A stretch of DNA of 64,000 nt, taken from NCBI GenBank assembly GCA_001179505.1, contig CDMY01000279.1, positions 62,001 to 126,000 of the forward strand. Direction: 5' to 3'. This DNA is from Vitrella brassicaformis CCMP3155. Lineage: Eukaryota; Protista; Chromerida. How positions within the stretch are numbered: the stretch's first letter is position 1; every line of letters begins with the position of its first letter. Positions 58,481 through 64,000 of this stretch are shown here, one piece after another. The translations under genes were made by a program, and so were the position numbers. Under the pieces are notes generated by a model, which ran no database searches, was not told the DNA's origin, and saw nothing but the letters and a program-made list of their open reading frames with translations.

Positions 58481-61073
58481 ACCCCCTCCACAACTCGTCA
58501 GCAGTGGTCGGTCCCTCCAGCTGCCGCCGCTCCTCGTCCTCGTCGCCGCTCTCCTCGGCCTTCTCGTCCGCTCTCCTCGCCTCCTCAGCCGCCTTCTCCT
58601 CCCACATCTCGCGGATCTCGTCAGGCACCCAGTCGTCCTCCTCACCCTCATCACCCACCCACCTCCTCCTCCTCCTCCTCGTCTCGGGGTGGCGCCGCTG
58701 GCCCGTCGTCGTCGGAGTCGCTGTCGTCGCCAAACCCCGGCTGTGGTGGCGGGGGTGGGGCGGATGGCCATCATGTGCGCTCGTCCTAATGTGCGAGAAG
58801 CGCACCGTCTGGCAACACCGCAGGCGTTTGAGCGGCCCCGATTTCTTGTCGCGGGTCGAACATGAGTTGCATTGTTCATCCATGGCGGCACTCGAGAGCT
58901 GACAAATCGGGCACACGGCATCGTCCCAGCCGTCGTCGCTCTACCCACCAACAGCAACACATGACAAGGTATCACTCTTCCTATCTCTCTGCGTGTCTGT
59001 CTGTCTGTCCATCTCTGTCTTTCTGTCAGTGTGTCCCGCTGCATACCACGGTCGGTGCGTATCTTTCGATGCACGGGTCGCACATGCGGTGGTTGCACAC
59101 CAGCATTGCCTGTGGTATACACAGCACACAGCGTCAGTAAATCCATCGGTGGACGCCCTGCAACGTGTGGTGCGGTGTGGTGTAGCATCATTCACCTGGG
59201 TGTTGCACGTGCTGCAGTCCCCCAGGAAACGAGCGAGAGGGCCAAACCGCGGCGTCCCAGAGCTACAGACACGCACAGAGGTACCATGAGTGTGCGTGAG
59301 AGGTGTGGTGTGTGTTCCTGTCAGGTGTGTACTGGTAGAGTATGTCGTAGTGGCCTGGGCGATGCAACAGGGTGATCGTCCTGGTGCCTGGGCGCCTCAG
59401 GTGCTTCTCTGGGTACTCCACGATGGCCAGCAACTTGCGGTCCTGAGTGACGTATAAGACATGCTAAAACAGTAGCATTCTACTTGTTTTCTTCTCACTT
59501 ACCAGATAAACGATGTCGATGTTGACCCCGAAATGCGCGGCCGCCGCAGGGGCTACAATTCCCGCCTCAGCGTCCTCATCTGACACACAATACACAGAGA
59601 AGAGAAACACCACGCACAGATATCGGCGACTGCACAGACAGACAGGTCCACCCCTCCTCCCTCTCTGTGTGTTTCCTCACCCATCGGAAGCACCACGTTG
59701 TTGACGAACTCCTCAATACTGACGAAGTTCTCCTCTTCGTTGTCGGCGGCTGCCGACGATGACGAGTCGGTTTTGGACTCTTGATATGTCTGCCCGCCGG
59801 CCTGCACCGGCTGATCGGCGTTGGTACGCAGGTACTTGGCCACCACCAAACGCACCATCAGCACTGAACGAACGAATGAAGCGACACAAGCGGATGGAGA
59901 GCGCAGACACACCAGACCACACACGCTGAGCCTGCCGGTTGCTTGGTATGTGTGTGTGTGTGTTTGCGCCTCACTCACCAAGGTCGCGGTCCAGTTGGAT
60001 GTTGGTCATCAGCTCATGATACCTCTTGTCACCACGAAGGCCCTGCAAGCTGCCGTACTGACTCGTAAGGCCGTTGGACTGCAGCAGGTCATCGGGGATG
60101 CGGAAGAAATTGCGCGCCCGAGAAAAACAATTTCCTGTGTACACAAGACACAGACAATCCCACCTGGTGGATGGATGGATGGATGTGGCCTCACCTTCTC
60201 CATAGCCCTTTGCCACCAGCGTGTCGATGTTTCTCCGGTGATCCGGGCTGGCCTCGCGGCCCCTCACCTCAGCCCTCTCGGTATTGGTTCCCCCTCCACC
60301 ACATCTGGCTGCGCCTGCACACCGGTGGCCTTGCCCTGTGGGTGCGCCCGGACGGCGGCGTCTCGCACGCTGCGTTGGACGGCCGAGGGGGGAGGGAGGG
60401 GGGAGAAGGCGAGCGTGAGGGTGAGACAGGGGCTGAGGACGGGATTTGCGAAGGGGAGACCGACGCCGAGGCCGGGCTCCCCGACGCCGTGGACGGCTGG
60501 GCTGGGCTGGTCACCGCCTCTAGTTGCTGATATGTGCAACACAAACGAACGAACAAAGCACATGTGTGTTGGGTGTGTGCGCATGAATGGTATACGTATT
60601 GAAGAGTTTTGTGCCCTCCTGACACGCAGACAGACAGACAGACATGCATGCATCCATGCGCCTCTCCTCCTATCGTGTGGCGCTGTGATGTGACGTCTGT
60701 ACCAGTAGCTCCTCGCTTCCCTTCCTGACCTGGGCGATTATCTTCTGGGCCACCTCGATTGCCGTCTTGATCCGAAAGATGGTGGTGAAGATGGCCGAGA
60801 CCTGCACCGCACAAACCCACACAGAGCCACCCGCATGGTCCTTAAAGCCGTTCGTCCGTCCGTGCTTACATCTGGATCCTTGTCAAAGATGTTGAGGTTG
60901 AGTTCCTTGGCTTTGGTCTCGGCCTGGCTCGAAATCTCCGTCAACTGCTTCGCCAACCTACACACAAACACACACACACACAGACACACGGACACACAGA
61001 CATTCCAGTCAGTCACATAGGACAAACGTGTGGATGCGATTTTTTTCATCGCTGGGTGGCTTCTCACTCACAT
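58260..61073 (-). CDS. Otubain-type (peptidase C65) deubiquitinase fused to a C3HC4 RING finger, ending in a kinase fragment
   Basis: GNCFSRA (catalytic Cys), MVRLVVAKYL, SIEEFVNNVVLPMG, AAAHFGVNIDIVYLDR and ITLLHRPGHYDILY (catalytic His). The spliced RING reads CSTCNTQAMLVCNHRMCDPC...CPIC. Confidence 0.8.
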
Positions 61074-61283
61074 CTTCTCACGAGCCGGCAGCTACCCACA
61101 GCACCCAGACACAGAACTGTCGTGTTTCTGTGCGCGCGCCTGTGTGTATGTGTTGTGTGTAAGAGGCGTGAACCGGGAAGTAGCGGCCGTCTCCGTCGAG
61201 AGGGGAGGGTTGGGAAAGGCCGGGGCGAGCCACACACGACAAAAACCAGCCGACAAGACGACAAACAGAGGAGAATGGAAGGA

Positions 61284-62438
61284 ATGCGAGGGAAAAAAAA
61301 GCTTAACGGTAGGGTTTCGCGTTTGTCTCGAAAATTCTCGCCGCATACGTCTGGAAAAAGTGAATCTCACCGCCGTCGTTGATGAAGACGATGGAGACGA
61401 CAACGCTCAGGAGAGCACCGGTGAGACCGAGCTCGAGAAGGTCGAGAAGGTGATCAGACAGGAGCGCCAGGTGGCTGAAGGTGAGCCTCGCTCAATTGCA
61501 TGCCAAATTTGTTGCATACACGCAGGCAGAGAGGGGGCACAGGTAGCCAGACAGATGGGCAGTCAGCTGCGTGGGAGGGAGGGATGCGTGTGTGTGATGG
61601 CACTGCACATGCCTGGCCTCAATTGGTGTTGGTTCTGTGGGTGGGGTGTTGCAGAGCTGGCCCGTTACGACCGCGGGCAGCTGTTTGAGCTGTGGGAGGA
61701 GAAGGAGTACCTGAAGGGTAGGCCCCAACACCGGCATACCTCCCTGTCAGTCGCTGTCAGTTCTTTATGTGGTGTCTGGCTGTGTGTGGTCCACGGCGTG
61801 CAGGCCTTGTGAATAAGTGGAGGCAGAGGCAGCAGGCGGACGCAGAGAGACTGAATAAGGCTCTCAACAACATGGAGAAGGCCAAATCGAACCAGGTGCA
61901 TACACGAATATGGCTTGTCGGCATGTCGGCGGGCAGATCTAGATCTCCTTTCTGTCTGCGTGCTTGTGTGTGATGTTGTGAGTACAGGAAATACTCGTCG
62001 CCGCTGCCGCCAAACTGGAGGTCAGTGGCTGAGCCCCCCTCTCCCCCTACACCCAGACACACAAAGAGACAAAGCGAGCGATCGAGCGAAGACTCTTTCC
62101 CTTTTTCTTTCTGCGGCTCACAGGAGGAGAAGGAGGAGCTAGAGAAGGAAAACGCCGCGCTGAAGGCCACGATAGCCAAGCTGCAGCAGGTACACATGCG
62201 TACTGCACAGACCCACACATGCTGGGAGAGAGACAGAGGGGTGGGGGGGCACAACACACGCAGCCACCACCTCTATATGTGGGGTGTGTGTACAGGCGCA
62301 GTTGTCAAGCGCGGCTGATGATGGGGGTGCCGCGGACGTGGAGGTACGCGTGCGTATATGATATGGGTGGCTGCGGTTATGCATGCAGCTTCTCTTCCCT
62401 CTGTGTGTGTATGGCAGGACGAGTCGGCCGAGACGTAG
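61284..62438 (+). CDS. Hypothetical coiled-coil protein, multi-exon
   Basis: Exons ELEKVEKVIRQERQVAE, ELARYDRGQLFELWEEKEYLK, AERLNKALNNMEKAKSNQ, EEKEELEKENAALKATIAKLQQ, DESAET-stop, with GT-AG introns. Confidence 0.65.
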
Positions 62439-63644
62439 ACAGAACACCCAGTCGGACACACACACACATTTCATTGATCCATCCATACATGTACGTAGCT
62501 AAAAGGGGGAGGAGAGGGGCATCCCATCCGACGACATCACATCACACACGAAAGACAGACCGATAGAATGCAGACGCACCGTGACGCGCCTTTTTTTCTC
62601 TTGACCCACCCACCCACCCACCCACCGACCCACCCACCGACAAACTACCGACAGACAGATGTATTTGCACTTCCTTGTTTTTCCTTGGTTCATTTATGGA
62701 TCGATGCACTGGATGGACGTTGATTTATTGCCTAGGACGCTTCCGCCTGCACATTTGTCTGTCCGCCCGGCTGCTAAGTTGGCTGTCTTGCTTTGTGTGG
62801 TTTGTGTGTGTGTGTGTGTATGTGTGATTGTGTGTACAGCTGTCTGTCTGTCCGTCCGTGGAAAGCGTTGTGTATAATGGATGTATTGTTGGCTGGCTGA
62901 CTGATGTGCATGGCAAGAGACCTGCCTCCATCCCTCGGTGTGTGTATATAAATTTCAAGGAGACGTCAGTCACAGGTGCACATCCGTCCAGCACAAGCAC
63001 CCCTGCAAATCAATACCCATGCAAACAGGGCACGCTCACATCCTGACTGACATCCCATTTCCACCTTTCGGTGAATGAATACCTTTCAGGCATTCCCCTC
63101 CAGCTCTCAAACACGCACTCACCAGAGTACCACTGGAAGAGAGTGAGTGACTGAGACAGAGAGCTGCGTGTGTACACTGGCCAGTCTGTGTTGGGGTGAT
63201 ACCCATGCAAGAAGGGAGAGTCGCAGCTGGGGTGCGTGTGAGTGACTGTCTTGGCTCTCCGTTGTGCTCTATCCCCTCAGTTCCCTTGTTGCAATGCGGC
63301 GAGTGAGCGGAGCAATCGTTCGTTGAGTATTCGTCTAGGGTACATGGACGTGTGCGCGTCTGCCGTGCCTGCGGCGACATTCCCGTGGATACACACGCTG
63401 TCGTTTGAGTCACGCTGTCGTTTGAGTCACTTTGTTGATAAATGACCACACACATGCACTCACTATAGTGTCTCTCTGTCTGCCTGTCTGTCCAGAAGGT
63501 ATACCTGCCGTACGCAGACGTACGTCTGGCATGTCTGTCTACACTATGTAGGTGGGGTGGGTGGCTACAGCTTGCGTCCCCACGCCACGGGACACCCCCA
63601 CCAGCCCAGCCAGCCCCAGGCATGACATACGTACGTACATCAAA

Positions 63645-63904
63645 TCACGCCTCCTGTTCCTGTTCGGCCTTGCCATTGGTGGCCTCCTGCTCAGACCGAC
63701 CCTTCTTCTTGGCCTTCTTCGGATTAGCTGACGTCTGACACACACAAGTAGATTAGATAGAGAGGACCCGCCCGTGAGCTGTGCATGGTGGGTGATTCGT
63801 TGACGCAATGGGTGCGTGGGTGCGTACAGCAAGGATCTTCTTGAGGTCCTCATCCTGCACTGTGAACTCCGACTGGATCTGAGAATCCTGGCCGAGCGCC
63901 AGAC
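63645..63904 (-). CDS. PA2G4: Last two exons of PA2G4/EBP1 (M24-fold curved-DNA/RNA-binding protein); gene continues beyond the window
   Basis: GLALGQDSQIQSEFTVQDEDLKKILA/TSANPKKAKKKGRSEQEATNGKAEQEQEA-stop resembles the EBP1 tail [29 protein letters not shown]. Confidence 0.75.
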
Positions 63905-64000
63905 CTGCAAAACATACATGCGCACAGGCCCGCAAAGGTCGGTCGAGACCATGAACTGCATGTGCTGGCCTGCCTCGACACACCCAGCCACTGACCAGTA

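Noticed and set aside
58760-58900. Second RING finger after the first (CNSC...LRCCQTV)
   Set aside because: Incomplete ligand set; treated as a degenerate Cys cluster only.
63407-63430. Tandem gctgtcgtttgagtcac duplicate and nearby atacccatgcaa pair
   Set aside because: Two copies only; ordinary slippage in intergenic or UTR DNA.
1-64000. tRNA, rRNA, snRNA genes or autonomous transposon ORFs
   Set aside because: No cloverleaf, rRNA, reverse transcriptase, transposase or Rep/helicase motifs were recognised by eye. tRNAscan, Infernal and RepeatMasker would be needed to exclude them.

Overview
Intron-rich, GC-rich eukaryotic nuclear DNA. The introns are full of (GT)n, (CAGA)n and (ATCC)n microsatellites. 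It is most consistent with a chromerid alga such as Vitrella brassicaformis (inference from bipartite plastid-targeting leaders, a Gly-less ATG12 and lineage-type expanded families). About 25 genes or gene remnants can be read by manual splicing. Recognisable genes: nitroreductase, C2/MCTP-like protein, RlmL/THUMP-type RNA methyltransferase, an HIBCH-fold probable pseudoenzyme, UFD2/UBE4, a PH-domain protein, ATG12, inositol monophosphatase, a PHD/EGLN-like prolyl hydroxylase, an otubain-RING fusion and the 3' end of PA2G4/EBP1. There are also three members of an F-box-like family, two of them an intronless inverted duplicate pair, plus degraded USP, ankyrin/DDB1 and kinase remnants. The most notable hidden feature is a three-exon selenoprotein K (45604-46021, minus). 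Its in-frame UGA is followed by CGA-TAA, and a complete form-2 SECIS with a GUGA core lies about 200 nt downstream. An octamer TGCGAGCT was found near nine gene starts or bidirectional promoters. All gene models were read by eye and no database searches were run.
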